Positions 1 to 11,971 of a stretch of DNA of 23,444 bases are shown here, piece after piece. Position numbers and translations under genes: made by a program. The DNA is from Piromyces finnis finn (lineage: Eukaryota > Fungi > Neocallimastigomycota), in contig MCFH01000152.1 of assembly GCA_002104945.1 (NCBI GenBank), positions 1 through 23,444 on the forward strand, written 5' to 3'. The number at the start of each line of letters is the position of its first letter. The stretch's first letter is position 1. The notes below the pieces were generated by a model that made no database searches, was not told where the DNA came from, and was given only the letters and a program-made list of their open reading frames with translations.

Positions 1-1496
1 TTTTAATAAAGATGATTCTTTAATTAATTCTATTCTATGTTCCTTAAAAAATGATGATTTATATAATAAAGTTTGTGTATTTCTTAATGATAAAATTCTT
101 CGTCCCCTCCGATTAGGAATATTAATAAAGTTAAAATTGATAAAGAAGGATTTTTACTTTATGATAATTTAATTTATGTTCCTTCTTCACTAAGAACTAG
201 GGTCTTAGAATTACATCATGATTCTATTTCTGCTGGTCACTTTGGTGTTAATAAAACTATTGAATTAATTAGTAGAAATTTTTGGTGGCCAAAGTTTAGT
301 TATGATGTTAAAAAGTTTATAAAGTCTTGTGAAACTTGTTGTAAAGCTAAAGTTCCAAGACATAAACCATATGGTTTGCTTTCTCCTCTTTCCACACCTA
401 ATAGAGCTTGGTCGGAATTGTCAATGGATTTTATTGTCGAGCTTCCTAAATCCAAAGACATGACTACCATTATGGTTATAGTTGATAGGTTAACAAAAAT
501 GGCTCATTTTATTCCTTTAAGATGTTTGCCTACTGCTTCTATAGCAGCTGATGTTTTTGTTAACAATATCTTTAAATTACATGGTTTTCCTGATTCCATC
601 ATTTCTGATCGAGGTACTCAATTTACCTCAGACTTTTGGAATCGTTTATGTAATTTGTTAAATATTAAACTTGCTTTTTCTACTGCAAACCATCCTGAAA
701 CTGATGGTCAAACGGAGAGGGTAAACGGGATATTGGAACAATATCTCCGTTGTTTTATTAACGAAAAACAGAATAATTGGGTTGACTTGTTACCTTTTGC
801 TGAATTTGCTTATAACAATACTTTACAGCAATCAATCAACCAATCTCCGTTTTTCGCTAATTATGGGTTCAATCCAAAATTTAACCCTGAAATCCCTTCA
901 GCGAATAGACCAAATAGAGCTGAACAAAGAATTTTGGATATTAATGAAAACATTAAATTTTTAAAAGTAAAATCTTGATCAAGCAAAAGAAACCTACAAA
1001 AAGTATGCTGATCAAAAGAGAATGGAATCCCCAGTTTCGAAGTTGGTAAAAAAGTTTGGTTATTAAAAGGTATTAATCCTTCAAATAAAAATATCAAAAG
1101 AAAACTTGCTGATCAAATGCTTGGACCTTTTGAAATAATCAAGAAGGTAAGCCCTTTAGCATTTGAATTAAAATACCAAACAATTTACGTTGCCACCCTG
1201 TTTTTCATGTTTCGTTATTAGAACCTTATAACGAAAATGAATTTGTAAATAGATCAGTAATGAATAAAAGAAAAAATGTTAAGTTAACTACTGATACTAT
1301 TGATAGGATTCCTGATAAGATTATTCAAGAAAGAAATTATCATGGAAAGAAATCTTTCTTGATGACATGGAAAAATCTTGACGAAAATACTTGGATCCCG
1401 GAAGATCAAATTACAGATGTACAATTGATCCAAGAATTTTATAGAAAAATAAAAAGTCTAGAAAAGAAAGTCAAGATCAAGTCATACAAGGAATAA
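1..1496 (+). pseudogene. pol: pol 3' part: integrase (HHCC, DDE core, GPF/Y) plus chromodomain, broken by single-base indels
   Basis: ORF 376-978 is the IN core and ORF 1260-1496 is the chromodomain (KIIQERNYHGKKSFLMTWKNLDENTWIPEDQI). Frameshift at aaagtaaaatctt versus aaagtaaatctt in the other arm. Confidence 0.9.
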
Positions 1497-1575
1497 CAAT
1501 GGTATGATCAAACATAGATATCAACCATTTGTAATTGATATTCCTTCAAAGAAAAATCTCGCAGGAGCTCGACTT

Positions 1576-1586
1576 AAAGGGCGAGA
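1576..1586 (+). other. Polypurine tract of copy A'
   Basis: AAAGGGCGAGA followed by T and then TGTAAAGATATAAAG (1588), which is identical to the outer end of the 5' LTR at 8117 (minus strand). Confidence 0.8.
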
Positions 1587-1587
1587 T

Positions 1588-1972
1588 TGTAAAGATATAA
1601 AGTATATCTTTAAATTATTTTAATATAAAATTATTAATATAATTTGATATTTTATGAAATTTTATAAATTTATTGTATAAATTTATGAATAAAATAAATT
1701 TAATTTAAAATAAATTAATAAATTTGATAATATTATTAATGAAATAAATTAAATTTAATAAATATAAAGTTAATAATGAATATTTAAATATTTAAATTAA
1801 TATTAATTATAATTATAATTATTTAATATATTTAAATTATATTTATTTAATTATTCCATAAAATTTATACAATAAATTTTATAAACAATTTTTTCATTAA
1901 AATATCAAAATTATTATTCAATAATTATTAATTAATTATTAAATAATTTAAAGATATACTTTATATCTTTCA
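1588..1972. repeat. Two head-on truncated 3' LTRs (+ from 1588, - from 1972) meeting near 1780
   Basis: 1839-1972 matches 7985-8117 almost exactly. From 1588 the sequence matches the reverse complement of the LTR start, accumulating deletions toward the centre. Each LTR remnant is about 190 bp of the 722-bp LTR. Confidence 0.8.
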
Positions 1973-1973
1973 A

Positions 1974-1984
1974 TCTCGCCCTTT
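1974..1984 (-). other. Polypurine tract of element A
   Basis: The reverse complement reads AAAGGGCGAGA, immediately before the 3' LTR start at 1972. Confidence 0.8.
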
Positions 1985-2003
1985 AAGTCGAGCTCCTGCG
2001 AGA

Positions 2004-5000
2004 TTATTTCTTTGAAGGAATATCAATTACAAATGGTTGATATCTATGTTTGATCATACCATTGTTATTCCTTGTATAGACTTGATCTTGACTTTCTTTT
2101 CTAGACTTTTTATTTTTTCTATAAAATTCTTGGATCAATTGTACATCTGTAATTTGATCTTCCGGGATCCAAGTATTTTTCGTCAAGATTTTTCCATGTC
2201 ATCAAGAAAGATTTCTTTCCATGATAATTTCTTTCTTGAATAATCTTATCAGGAATCCTATCAATAGTATCAGTAGTTAACTTAACATTTTTCTTTTATT
2301 CATTACTGATCTATTTACAAATTCATTTTCGTTATAAGGTTCCAATAACGAAACATGAAAAACAGGGTGGCAACGTAAATTGTTTGGTAGTTTTAATTCA
2401 AATGCTAAAGGGCTTACCTTCTTGATTATTTCAAAAGGTCCAAGCATTTGATCAGCAAGTTCTCTTTTGATATTTTTATTTGAAGGATTAATACCTTTTA
2501 ATAACCAAACTTTTTTACCAACTTCGAAATCTGGGGATTCCATTCTCTTTTGATCAGCATACTTTTTGTAGGTTTCTTTTGCTTGATCAAGATTTACTTT
2601 TAAAAATTTAATGTTTTCATTAATATCCAAAATTCTTTGTTCAGCTCTATTTGGTCTATTCGCTGAAGGGATTTCAGGGTTAAATTTTGGATTGAACCCA
2701 TAATTAGCGAAAAACGGAGATTGGTTGATTGATTGCTGTAAAGTATTGTTATAAGCAAATTCAGCAAAAGGTAACAAGTCAACCCAATTATTCTGTTTTT
2801 CGTTAATAAAACAACGGAGATATTGTTCCAATATCCCGTTTACCCTCTCCGTTTGACCATCAGTTTCAGGATGGTTTGCCAGTAGAAAAAGCAAGTTTAA
2901 TATTTAACAAATTACATAAACGATTCCAAAAGTCTGAGGTAAATTGAGTACCTCGATCAGAAATGATGGAATCAGGAAAACCATGTAATTTAAAGATATT
3001 GTTAACAAAAACATCAGCTGCTATAGAAGCAGTAGGCAAACATCTTAAAGGAATAAAATGAGCCATTTTTGTTAACCTATCAACTATAACCATAATGGTA
3101 GTCATGTCTTTGGATTTAGGAAGCTCGACAATAAAATCCATTGACAATTCCGACCAAGCTCTATTAGGTGTGGAAAGAGGAGAAAGCAAACCATATGGTT
3201 TATGTCTTGGAACTTTAGCTTTACAACAAGTTTCGCAAGACTTTATAAACTTTTTAACATCATAACTAAACTTTGGCCACCAAAAATTTCTACTAATTAA
3301 TTCAATAGTTTTATTAACACCAAAGTGACCAGCAGAAATAGAATCATGATGTAATTCTAAGACCCTAGTTCTTAGTGAAGAAGGAACATAAATTAAATTA
3401 TCATAAAGTAAAAATCCTTCTTTATCAATTTTAACTTTATTAATATTCCTAATCGGAGGGGACGAAGAATTTTTATCATTAAGAAATACACAAACTTTAT
3501 TATATAAATCATCATTTTTTAAGGAACATAGAATAGAATTAATTAAAGAATCATCTTTATTAAAAGAATTAATTACATTACATGAAATAAAATTACAACT
3601 AAAATTACTACATTCAATATTTTCATTAATCCTATCATTATTATAAATATTACAGATATGATCACTACGTCTGGATAACAAATCAGGTTTACCAGACTTT
3701 TTTCCAGCTCTATAAATTAACTTAAAATCAAATCTTGATAAAAATTCATACCATCTTATCTGTCGTTGTGAGAGCATCTCAGGCTTTCTTGGAAAGGTTA
3801 AATTCTTATGATCAGTATAATGATGAACTGATGCTTTGCACCTTCCAGATAATGCCTCCATTCTTCAAGAGCCACTTTGATAGCGAGCAACTCTTTATCA
3901 TAAATTTGATAGTTCCTTTGAGACTTGGTTAAGCTAGATGAAATAAAAGCAATAGGGTGCAATTGCCCTTCAAATTCTTGTGAAAGAATTGCACCGACAG
4001 CAAAGTTACTAGCGTCAGTCTCAACAATAAAAGGTTTGTTGCTATCAGGGTTCATTAAGATAGGAGCTGAAGTAAAAGCCTTTTTAAGTGTAACAAATGC
4101 ATTTTGACACTCAGAAACCCAATTAAAAGGAACATTTTTCCTAGTAAGTTTGTGTAGAGGACTAGCAATTTTCGCAAAGTCTTTAATAAAAATTCTATAA
4201 TAATTACATAATCCAATAAAGGATTGAACTTCTTTAACGTTTGTAGGAACAGGCCAGTCGAGGATAGCTTTAACTTTATCTCTATCCATTTTCAGACCAT
4301 CTTTGGATAATACATAACCAAGGAAAGTGGTTTCTGAAACATCAAACTCACACTTCTCTAACTTAACATATAAATTATTTTCTAATAATTTTTTCAATAC
4401 TTTTTTAACATGTTCATGATGTTCTTCTAGGCTATTTGAATATATTAGAATATCATCAATATATGATATAGCAAAATCATCTAAATAATCACTAAGGACA
4501 TCATTTATGAAATGTTGAAACGTAGCTGGTGCATTCTTTAAACCAAAAGGCATGACAAGATATTCAAAATGCCCATATCTTGTTCTAAAGGCAGTTTTGT
4601 ATTCATCACCCTCTTTGATTCTAACTAAATTATAAGCAGACTTTAAGTCCAACTTAGTAAAGTATTTTGCACCTTTCACTCTATCCAATAAGTCACCAAT
4701 TAACGGAAGAGGATATGAATTTCTAATTGTCATGTCATTAAGTTTCCTATAATCAACGCAAAGTCTTAATGACCCATCTTTCTTTTTGACAAATAAAACT
4801 GGTGCTCCGGCAGGAGATGAAGATTTCCTAATGAAAACCTTTTTCTAAATTTTCATTGATATAATTTTTTAATTCATCTCTCTCTGCCTCAGTTAAAGGA
4901 TAAAGAGGACCATAAAACAAGTTAGCATTATCCTTTAATCGGATTTCACAATCGTATTCACGATGTGGAGGTAAAATATTACAATTCTTTTCATTAAAAA

Positions 5001-5893
5001 CCTCTTTAAATAATAAATATTGTTTTGGAATTTCAATAGATTTTTTATCTTTATTCAATTATCACTTTCACTTTTACATTTATTAATAATATTACAAAAT
5101 AAATCATAACAGTTACTAACTGAATTTAATACACGAGAATTATTATTATTACACACGTTTTTTGAAAATGAGTACTGTTTTGGTCCAGTGACCGAATTAT
5201 TATCTTTATTTAAATTTTCATCAATACAATTAATGCTATTACATATACATTTAAAATTACAATTATTATCATTATTTAAACTATTACTAAATTTAATTTT
5301 ATTAAAACTATCTAGGTTACTAATGGTTTTGACGGAGGTTCTACGGCCTCTAATACTTAATGTTTCTTCATCATCACTGGAGTCGCTATAAGAGTATTCA
5401 TAATGATTGTATGAACCAAGTTCACTATAAGAGGATTGATCATCTTCATCATCTGAATAACTTCTTTTCCTTTTCTTGATGATATTTTTTCTTTCTTGGT
5501 TTCCTTTGTGCTACTCTTGTTCTTTCTTCTTCCCACATTACAATGTCTGGCACAGTATGTAGAGTTAAATGCAATTTTGGAAGAATCGTGGTAGTAAACA
5601 GGGCAATGTTTATCAATCCAAGGTACACCAAGAATTATATCAACTTCAGGAATTCTAAGTGCATATAATTGAATGACTTCGTAATGATTTCTCAAACGAA
5701 GGATGCACTTTCGGATTCCTTTTTCACGGTAGATGTACCTTGCCCTAAACCAGAAACCTTGAAAGATTCAGCAATATTTGAAAGTTTAATATTATTGATT
5801 CGGGCGAACTCGGGGTGGATGAAATTAAGATCGGAACCAGAATCAATAAGTACCTTAGCTTTGACTTCATCAATATCATTGGTTTTGATATAA
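2004..5893 (-). pseudogene. pol: pol of element A (aspartic protease, RT, RNase H, integrase, chromodomain), split by several single-base indels
   Basis: VLIDSGSDLNFI (DSG 5836-5844) and DIILGVPWI; RT KLDLKSAYN, MPFGLKNAPATFQ, YIDD (4452-4463); RH ETDAS, YDKELLAI, YTDHKNL; IN in ORFs 2866-3861 and 2277-2894; chromodomain ending in ORF 2004-2186. Confidence 0.93.
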
Positions 5894-6860
5894 AATCAAT
5901 AATATTTTTCTTTTCACCTTTATGAATTTCGAATATGTTTGAAGTTCCCTTGGAATTAAGATTATCCTTTTTAATTTTCTTGATTGAAGGGCTAGCTTCG
6001 TCTTCTGAATAGCATCTCTTGATAATTTTTACATTTTTTGGTTTCTTTTTGTTTGGACAATTGAATTGAAAGTGTCCAGACTTTCCACAAGTAAAGCAAA
6101 CTCCATTCTTCTTAGCCTCAGTGCGATTTATTTTATTTTCGTCATAATTACTTCTATGAGGAGGGAAGTAATTAACCTTTCTTTGACCTAAACTGATCCT
6201 ATATAAATCCACATCCATAGGATCATTTTGGTTATAATTTCTTCGGTCTTGATGCGTCATGTAATATTCACTGATATCATTTCTCTTAGTAAGATTTTCA
6301 ATACTAAGGACATCAGAATAAAGACGCTCTAATTGAGAGGGATTTGGATTCACTACAGCTAAATGTTCACGCATTTTCGGATGTAATCCCTTTGTGAACA
6401 TGTATATTTTAGCTGCTTCATTAAAATTCGAATTTTGGCTAACGCGTTGGAATTCGTTAATGTATTCGAACACCTTGCCAAATTTTCTTTGTTTAATGTT
6501 GCAAAGTCTTCCATTTGCAACAATCGTATCATTATTCGGATCCCCGAAATTGGTACGAAGAGCAGCAATAAACCGATCATAGTTTCTTAGAACGGCGTCG
6601 TTATTTTGTCTTAAACGAGCGGCCCATTCTAAAGGTCTATTGACAAAGTAAGATATTAAGAATCGAACTCTTGCCTCATCATTAACAAATCTATCAGGGT
6701 TGGCTTCAATGGCTAGTTCAACCCTGGTCAAGAACCCATCTAGTTCTTGTCTTCTTCCTGAAAAGGTTGGAGGATCATTAACTATCCTCAAAGACGCCCC
6801 TTGACGGTCCATATTTTCGTTTAAGTGGAGGTTAGATAAGAGTTGGTTGATTTCCTCCAA
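5894..6860 (-). CDS. gag: gag of element A (retrotransposon capsid domain plus CCHC zinc knuckle)
   Basis: PPTFSG..LDGFL, EWAARL..YDRFIAALRTNFG, FEYINEFQ, DPMDVD and CFTCGKSGHFQFNC (6057-6098). The start reads ATTGGAG, probably ATGGAG with an extra T. One extra T at ~5897 (TTTT to TTTTT) would fuse gag in frame to the protease. Confidence 0.9.
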
Positions 6861-7030
6861 TATGCTTAATATTTTACTTATTTAATTTTTTACAATATTT
6901 TAATTAAGATGTCGTCGTAACTCTATCCTATCAAACGGTGTTAGACGAGCTCTTAAAAATATAGTAACAAAATTAAATACAGTAACCAAATAGTGTTGGA
7001 AGCTTGAATGATACTAAAATAATAATCTAA

Positions 7031-7310
7031 ACGCGGTAGATATTTCCTAAGACACGGTAGATCGCCTTTAAAACACAGTAGATATTCCTTTAGACGCGGT
7101 AGATATTTCCTAAGACACGGTAGATCGCCTTTAAAACACAGTAGATATTCCTTTAGACGCGGTAGATATTTCCTAAGACACGGTAGATCGCCTTTAAAAC
7201 ACAGTAGATATTCTTTTAGACGAGGTAGATATTTCCTAAGACACGGTAGATCGCCTTTAAAACACAGTAGATATTCTTTTAGACGAGGTAGATATTTCCT
7301 AAGACACGGT
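7031..7310. repeat. Tandem array in the 5' UTR of element A: ~4.4 copies of a 63-bp unit built from three related 21-bp subunits
   Basis: Units start at 7031, 7094, 7157, 7220 and 7283. Subunits are acgcggtagatatttcctaag / acacggtagatcgcctttaaa / acacagtagatattcctttag. Confidence 0.97.
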
Positions 7311-7384
7311 AAGTAAGAAAAAAAATATAAATATGTTTTATTAAAAAAAAAAAAATTTTATAACGTGTTTTATAAAAAAAAAAG

Positions 7385-7395
7385 GTAATTGTTAT
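7385..7395 (-). other. Self-priming primer-binding site of element A (ATAACAATTAC)
   Basis: Directly abuts the LTR end ...TTTTACA (7396). It is perfectly complementary (11/11) to GTAATTGTTAT at 7553-7543 inside the LTR. Confidence 0.85.
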
Positions 7396-8117
7396 TGTAA
7401 AAGTTTTATAAATGTAAAACAGATTATAAAATTTTTTACAATAAAACAACAACACAAAATAAAGAAAAAACAAGAAAATAAATTATATTTAAAAAATATC
7501 TCTTTTATTAATTTTATTTAGTTATTAACTAAATAATAGTCAATAACAATTACATCGTTTAATCAAGAAATTTTACATGCATTATATTTTTCGTAAATAT
7601 ATTTTAATATACTATTCTATTTAATTATACATATATTCAATATAAAATAAACAAAACTAATTTAATACTAATTTAATTAAATAATAAAATAATAAAACTA
7701 AACTAAAACTAATTAAATACACTTTTGATTCAATTTGAGTAAACTGCAAATTGAATACAGTCCATGTATTACCTATATATTAATTAAATATTAATAATAC
7801 TATTTATTATATATTTATAATTAAAAATGCTAATTTAAAACTACGCTAAAGTTATTAAACTAATTTTAATTAAATAAAAACTTTTTAAGATTTAATTTGA
7901 ATATTTAAAATATTTAAATTTAATTATCCATTAATTTAAATATTTATCCAAATTTCATTTCTAACTTTGATATTTTAAAATTAATATTTATTTAATTATT
8001 CCATAAAATTTATACAATAAATTTTATAAACAATTTTTCATTAAAATATCAAAATTATTATTCAATAATTATTAATTAATTATTAAATAATTTAAAGATA
8101 TACTTTATATCTTTACA
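7396..8117 (-). repeat. 5' LTR of element A (722 bp, TGTAAA...TTTACA)
   Basis: The outer end matches the sequence following both PPTs. The inner end has a TGTAAA terminal inverted repeat and is followed by the PBS. Confidence 0.85.
7543..7586 (-). promoter_or_regulatory. Predicted TATA (TATAAT, 7586-7581) and transcript 5' end / self-primer (7553-7543) of element A
   Basis: The self-primer complement should mark the transcript 5' end, and a TATA-like hexamer lies about 30 nt upstream. The AT-rich background weakens the TATA call. Confidence 0.55.
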
Positions 8118-8242
8118 CAAATATAAACTATTTAATTTAAAAATAAGTAAACAATTAAATAAACAAAAAGTTTACATTTATAATTTTAATTTAATAATTT
8201 TATACAAGTTAATTATTTTAATTTTAACTATCTGTGTTTTAA

Positions 8243-8277
<35 letters not shown>
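8243..8277. repeat. (TTA)n microsatellite
   Basis: Uninterrupted tattattat... run of about 11 units. Confidence 0.95.
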
Positions 8278-8279
<2 letters not shown>

Positions 8280-9903
8280 TCATAATTTATAAATTTAATT
8301 ATTTATCAACAAACTGACACACGTTCAAGTATACCTTAATTCTAAATAAGCTTAGAAAGTGGTATATTTGGTATGTATTTGAATGACTTATTTTTACTTG
8401 CTCATTCTACAAGTTTATATAATTATTAAATATAATTTAAAGTTTTAAAAACACATCTTGTTTTATAATATTAATTTATTTATTTAAAATAAATGTATAA
8501 TACATCTCGCTATGTATTATAAAAAAAATATATTAATTTATTATAATTTTAAAATATTCTAATTTTCTTGGCTAATTAGTAACAATCTTTAAAAATAATA
8601 TTTTCTATTTCTATTTATAATAAATAATTACATTTAAGTTTGTTTATAAACAAAAGTTGTTTATATTTTACATTTTTAAAATTTAATTAAACATTATATT
8701 TTATATTATTTTGATTATTTACTATTATTTTAATTTATATTAAGTTTATATAATTTTAAAATCAGCTATTCTATTAATCATTATTTATAAATTTCATTCT
8801 TTATCAAAACTAATGTAAAAGGTTTTTTATATTATTAGTTAATAAGTTATAATTAGTTAATTAAGTTAGTTATTACCTCTCTATACGAGTTAATAACTAA
8901 ATAAAGTTTTATAAAAAATAATAAAAGAAAGAAAATAAATATTATAACACTAAAATAAATATAAACACTGATATAAATATTTTATGAAATAATTCTTACT
9001 TAAATAATTATTTTTAATTATATCTTTTATTTATTTATTATAATATCATACATTAATTATTATTATAGTTATTAATTTACTTTAATACTAACGCTAAAGT
9101 ATTTAACGTTAGTTTAAACTATACTATTTAACTATATTAGTTTATTTTTTTTACCACTTGATTGGGTAAAGCAAATAAACTTCCTATTTAATTAATAACC
9201 ATTAATATATGGTTATGCACATATCTGGCCAATAAATGGTGACCAGAATATATGGTTTCAATTGAAATATTTGTGGGCAAACTTATGGCCACTGTAAAAT
9301 AAACTATACTACAGTTCAGGTTTGTATACACTAAATTAAACTAACACAAACTATGTTTTATTTTTAATAATACTTTTATTTATTTTAAACTATATTAACA
9401 ACCGTTGATTACTTTACCGTGAAGGTTATTTTACCAGAGCCCTTACTAGGTAATCAATTTATTTTTATTTAAAACTAAAATTATTAATCTAAACTATAAA
9501 CTAATGTTAATTTATACTAAATTAACCTATACGATTTTCCAACTATCGTTTCAATAGTTGAAAATTTTTCTTTATTTATACTTTTTAAATAAATTGAATA
9601 AATTCTAATATACATGTTTTAATATTATAATTTTACATGTTTACATTTATACATTTATTAAAAGAAATTATTTGTATTAAACTATTTAAATTCAATTTAT
9701 TTACTAAAGAATTTTCTAAACTTAAAATAAAGTTTTGATTTATTTACTATATGGTTGATTATATTTCAAACATATATTCAATTTATTTATTTCTAATTTG
9801 AGGCTTAGTTTATAAAAAAATTTTTTATTATCTAAAATATTATTGGTTAAAAATTATTTAATTTAAAATTTTATTTTATCATCAAAAACTTATCTTATCA
9901 TAA

Positions 9904-10009
9904 AATAAATTTTACATAATTTATGTTAATGTATTGTGATATAAATTTTTGTAATTAAAGAATAAAATTTACATAAATTTATGTTAACGTATTGGATATA
10001 AATTTGTAA
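9904..10009. repeat. Degenerate tandem duplication, period about 57 bp
   Basis: aataaattttacataatttatgttaatgtattgtgatataaattt versus aataaaatttacataaatttatgttaacgtattggatataaattt. Confidence 0.75.
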
Positions 10010-10140
10010 AAATTTACGGTACATTAATTTAATACATTATACATTATTTTAAATATGTATTAATACATTGTTCTATTAATACAATATTTACAGCCACAAA
10101 TATTTCTTACATGGTACAACCTGTTTGTTTTGTTTGTACC

Positions 10141-10413
10141 TTTATATGGATCAATACAACTAGAATGAATAAAACAATTATTATATTATAATGAAATAAC
10201 ACAACAATAAAATGATTTTTATATTTATGTATTATGTATATTCTTTTTATTTATCTTTGATCAATAATGTACTATTTATATGGATCAATACAACTAGAAT
10301 GAATAAAACAATTATTATATTATAATGAAATAACACAACAATAAAAATGATTTTTATATTTTATGTATTATTGTATATATTCTTTTATTTATCTTTGATC
10401 AATAATGTACTAT
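10141..10413. repeat. Tandem duplication, 134/138-bp units
   Basis: tttatatggatcaatacaactagaatg...tttgatcaataatgtacta starts at 10141 and again at 10275. Differences are mostly indels in A/T runs. Confidence 0.95.
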
Positions 10414-11334
10414 TAATGATTTAAACTCTTATAATAGAAATAAATAAGTATAATTCACTAGATTATAATCTGAATATCACTATTAATTCCTACTTAAATC
10501 TAATAAATATATTTATCTATCTAGTATTATCACTTATGCCTATTTTCTTATTATTATTTCTTATTATCTTTATATCGTTTCTTCTCTTTTAATATTTATT
10601 AATTCTCTTTTATTAAATACTCTTTGTTGTAATTAAGGTTTTTAGTCTTTTTTAATTAATTTATTTATAATTTTATTTTAGTTATTGCTATAAGTGTTAT
10701 TAATTAAATCAATAATTGTTAGCTTATAAATTTATATATTAAATTTTTATTAAACCTAAAATACTTAAAGTAGAATATTATTAGTAAAATTAAAGGTTAA
10801 ATAGGAATTCCTATGCTCTTACATTTTCTGAATCAGTCGTACCATACTGTAAGAAACATAGATAATTCTATATAATTTACCTATTTTCTTATTAATTAAT
10901 ATTATTATAATGTTTATTATTATTTATTGTTTAATACATTAATTTAACACATTATTTAATACACTATTAATACATAATTTGATACATTAATTAAATACAT
11001 TAATTAAATACATTGTTTTATTACATTAATTAGTTGTATCATTTTAACCAATCCATGTATAATGTATTAAATTACTATAAAAGAATAATCTTGATTCTCT
11101 TGAGAAATCAGAGTTATATTATATAAATTATTAATAAATAAAGTTAATATTATTTTAAAAATAATGTTTATTAACGTGTGTTTTAATGTTAATATTATAT
11201 TTTGTTTATTAGTATTTTTATAAAACTCGACATTAATGTTTTATTTCTTTCTCAAATTAGTAATATTTAATTATTATTAATTTGTAGAAGAATTATTTAT
11301 AATTTATTAAAGTAACTTCTTACACATACAACTA

Positions 11335-11893
11335 TGTCACAATAAATTAAAAATTTAAAAAATTTGGACACATGAAAAAAATTAAAAATTTTTTTAAAAT
11401 TGAAAATTTGAAAATTTGAAAAATTTCAAATTATAAAATTTCTAATATTCGAAATTATTAAATTTTTTTAATAATTATTAAAATTTATTAAAAAATTTTT
11501 ATTTTTAAATTATTAACTATTACAATAATTATAATTATATTATAAAAATTAAATATTTATAATTAGATAATAATAATTAAAATTAAAAAATGTAATAATT
11601 AAATTGTTCATTATAAAAAGAACAAAATTGACAAAAATTACGAATTTTAGCATTAGTAATTTTAACTTAAAGTTAATAAAATTATAAACTCCTATAAACC
11701 TAAAACTTTAAAAATTTTAATATTTTTAATAACTTAATATATGCTGATATTAAGTTATTGCTAAATAAAAATATTATTTAATTTCTTTATATAAATTATA
11801 GCTTTACGCCTTCAATAGGAAAGCGTATATATTTGTTAATTAATATAACTAGTGTCTTACCACACTTTCTTTAATAAAAAAATCGCTTTGACA
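11335..11893 (+). repeat. Candidate 5' LTR of element B (559 bp, TGTCA...TGACA)
   Basis: Perfect 5-bp terminal inverted repeat, followed by a self-complementary PBS and then the gag ATG at 11972. TATAAAA at 11612-11618 lies about 30 nt before the PBS complement. There is no second LTR in the window to confirm it. Confidence 0.6.
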
Positions 11894-11904
11894 TTACTAA
11901 CGCT
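11894..11904 (+). other. Candidate self-priming PBS of element B (TTACTAACGCT)
   Basis: 10/11 complementary to AGCATTAGTAA at 11649-11659 inside the candidate LTR. Confidence 0.55.
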
Positions 11905-11971
11905 TATATAAAAGTCGCTAAGCACCAATTAGTTAGTAATTATAATAACTAAATATAATAATTAAAGTTTA

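Larger units (their letters stand above)
1..1780 (+). mobile_element. Partial Ty3/gypsy chromovirus copy A' (integrase, chromodomain, PPT, truncated 3' LTR); left arm of a large inverted repeat
   Basis: Sequence is the reverse complement of ~1780-3565 (base 1 pairs with 3565). It encodes IN motifs (HHDSISAGH..CETC, SMDFI, SDRGTQF, HPETDGQTERVN, GPF..HPVFHVSLLEPY) and a chromodomain. The centre coordinate is approximate. Confidence 0.92.
1780..8117 (-). mobile_element. Element A: near full-length Ty3/gypsy chromovirus (Tf1/sushi-like, self-priming), 3' LTR truncated
   Basis: Order on the minus strand is LTR-PBS-gag-PR-RT-RH-IN-chromodomain-PPT-LTR. PR-RT-RH-IN order and a C-terminal chromodomain are diagnostic of chromoviruses. 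Confidence 0.95.

Noticed and set aside
5880-5910. Programmed gag-pol frameshift in element A
   Set aside because: There is no clear slippery heptamer or downstream structure. One missing T in a homopolymer restores a single ORF, like the other indels in this element.
6928-6944. Branch point CTAAC plus TAG acceptor on the minus strand in the element A leader
   Set aside because: No donor can be assigned with confidence between the PBS and this site, and transcript data would be needed.
7031-7310. CRISPR array
   Set aside because: The units repeat entirely with no unique spacers, the context is eukaryotic, and there are no cas genes.
9264-10106. 13-bp inverted pair gaaatatttgtgg / ccacaaatatttc as MITE termini
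   Set aside because: It cannot be extended, has no TSD, neighbouring similarities are not colinear, and it is plausible by chance in AT-rich DNA.
8118-11334. Host gene or ncRNA in the central spacer, including the 14-bp palindrome ataggaattcctat at 10801-10814
   Set aside because: There are no ORFs in the track and no tRNA- or rRNA-like structure. Short palindromes are expected at this AT content.
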